Of a stretch of 64,000 bases of DNA, positions 62,597 to 64,000 are shown piece by piece (the stretch's first letter is position 1; each line of letters opens with the position of its first letter). This DNA is from Phoronis australis. Lineage: Eukaryota > Animalia > Phoronida. A model generated the notes under the pieces. The model was not told where the DNA came from. It did no database searches and saw only the letters and a program-made list of their open reading frames with translations. The position numbers and the translations under genes were made by a program. Location: positions 4,010,102-4,074,101 of the forward strand of contig NMRA01000001.1 of the NCBI GenBank assembly GCA_002633005.1. The letters run 5' to 3'.

Positions 62597-62737
62597 CTCT
62601 TCTTAGCGTTGTTTTGCTCCTCTTTCCGCCACAGGTTCTTGAAATCTTCACAGAATCCCGTCCAAACAGAGAAGAAGTCGCTCGGAGTAGGCTGCGTTTC
62701 TCCACCAAACATAAAGAACTGGGTCACTTGTTCAAAT
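62597..62737 (-). CDS. Fmn: Formin (FMN1/FMN2/Cappuccino type), end of FH2 domain exon
   Basis: Acceptor ctctgtag|, donor AG|GTAAC. Encodes FEQVTQFFMFGGETQPTPSDFFSVWTGFCEDFKNLWRKEEQNNAKK(R), aligning with FMN1 FETTVRYFG...[31 protein letters not shown]. 141 nt, phase 2 to phase 2. Upstream exons lie right of the window. Confidence 0.9.
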
Positions 62738-64000
62738 CTACAGAGACAGAGTTTATTTCAGCTGTGGATTTAAAATAGCAACACGTTTTTGAAGATTTTC
62801 AGTAACTCAGCACTAGTGTGCAGGGCAGGCTGATTTGACCGGGACAAAACGCAATTTCTTTCAATGAAAGACATTTTGATACATTGGGCATTTTTGTGTG
62901 AATTCGTTGAGTACCCCGTCAAACAATAGTGGCAATTTGACACCATGATGGCCAGAGAATTTATAAAAACCATGGAAAAATCCCACTAAAGGGACATTGT
63001 AAGCGACCCTCCTCGATAAATGGTAGAGAGTATTATATATTTTAAGTGTTTGTAACTGGTTAACTCACTGGCTTTCATTTCAGCGAATGTTTGGCAGACA
63101 ATGGCGAAAATCGGGGATTTGTAATAAAAACACAAATTTTGTTGTTTTGAAGCTCTGATCAAAGCCAATAACTTCAAGAAGTTTATCAAATCCTACAATA
63201 AGCCCAAAAATGTTTTCCTCAGATGTAAAACTGATGATATTACATAAAATCCATACAAGAATGCAGAATGTTGTTTACTAACTACCCTATCATCATCATT
63301 AGTTTTTATAGTCTGCAGTGTCTAAAATGGCGGGAAAAGTATGTTGCCACCAACACTGACACCCACCTCTGTTCCCTAATCTCCAAACCAAAGAAGCTGG
63401 TCACATAAGTCTAGGCTCTATGGTAAGTGCTCAATGTAATTCCAACCAGTAAGAAGCATTCAGAGCTGCTGGTTGGGAAATGCGATGAAACGCGTAATGA
63501 GACAAAGACAAAGAAACCAAAATAGCCACTTGGGGACACCTCAGTAACTGAAGTTGTCCCAAAATCCATGTCAGATGTACTCTCCTCAATAAAAACATAT
63601 AATAAATTTCATGAAAATACGTCAATGAACTTCATAGACATTGAAGTACAAGAAAATAATGCCACTAAGGAGTACCACTGACAATAGCAGCAAGTCATCG
63701 CCTGCCATGCCTCAATTGGAACATATGTGCCAGTTTTCATAATGATCCTGCCAGAAGTTTGGCTGACAAAGGCAGGTGCCAAAAACAAACTCATAATTAA
63801 TTGAAATGGCCCTCAACTGACTTAAAATATGTCAAATCCGTGCGAAAATGGAAGAAGTCATTATCTCAAAGATACAACCCTATTTTGCCAAATTATAAAA
63901 AACAGAGGAAAATGTAAAAGTTTAAAACTGCCACTAGGGGGCAGAGCGGAGTTAATTGTCCTTAGTCGCCATTCTGTGTAGTCTTGACTGTTCAAATGCC

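Noticed and set aside
63060-63120. Candidate additional formin exon (donor GTGAGT on -)
   Set aside because: The frame needed to join exon 62737 contains a TGA and shows no FH2 similarity.

Overview
This is AT-rich animal genomic DNA with spliceosomal introns, most likely from a heterozygous marine invertebrate bilaterian. A deuterostome such as a hemichordate, echinoderm or amphioxus is a guess from gene and repeat style and is not proven. Four protein-coding genes can be reconstructed with phase-consistent GT-AG exons. (1) A Prop1/unc-42-type PRD-class homeobox gene on the - strand (exons 10094-9992 and 6061-5826; the rest lies left of the window). (2) MCFD2 on the - strand (161 aa, signal peptide, two EF hands; 22610-19757). 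(3) A Gremlin/DAN-family BMP antagonist on the + strand (single coding exon 37932-38540). (4) The last three coding exons of an FMN/Cappuccino-type formin on the - strand (62737-62597, 60909-60816, 48706-48665), largely missed by the ORF track. The most notable biology is the convergent Gremlin-Formin pair, the same arrangement as vertebrate GREM1-FMN1 and GREM2-FMN2. It comes with a 12.1-kb last formin intron, a degenerate repeat carrying co-oriented CTCF-like motifs in the formin introns, and a cluster of Smad1/5-type motifs at the gremlin promoter. The rest is several MITE families (5-bp TSD, TTAA TSD, palindromic), tandem repeats and decayed ORFs. Four N-adjacent duplications are probably uncollapsed alleles, including the apparent duplicated MCFD2 exon. 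I found no prokaryote-type systems (CRISPR etc.) and cannot establish a wholly new system from sequence alone.
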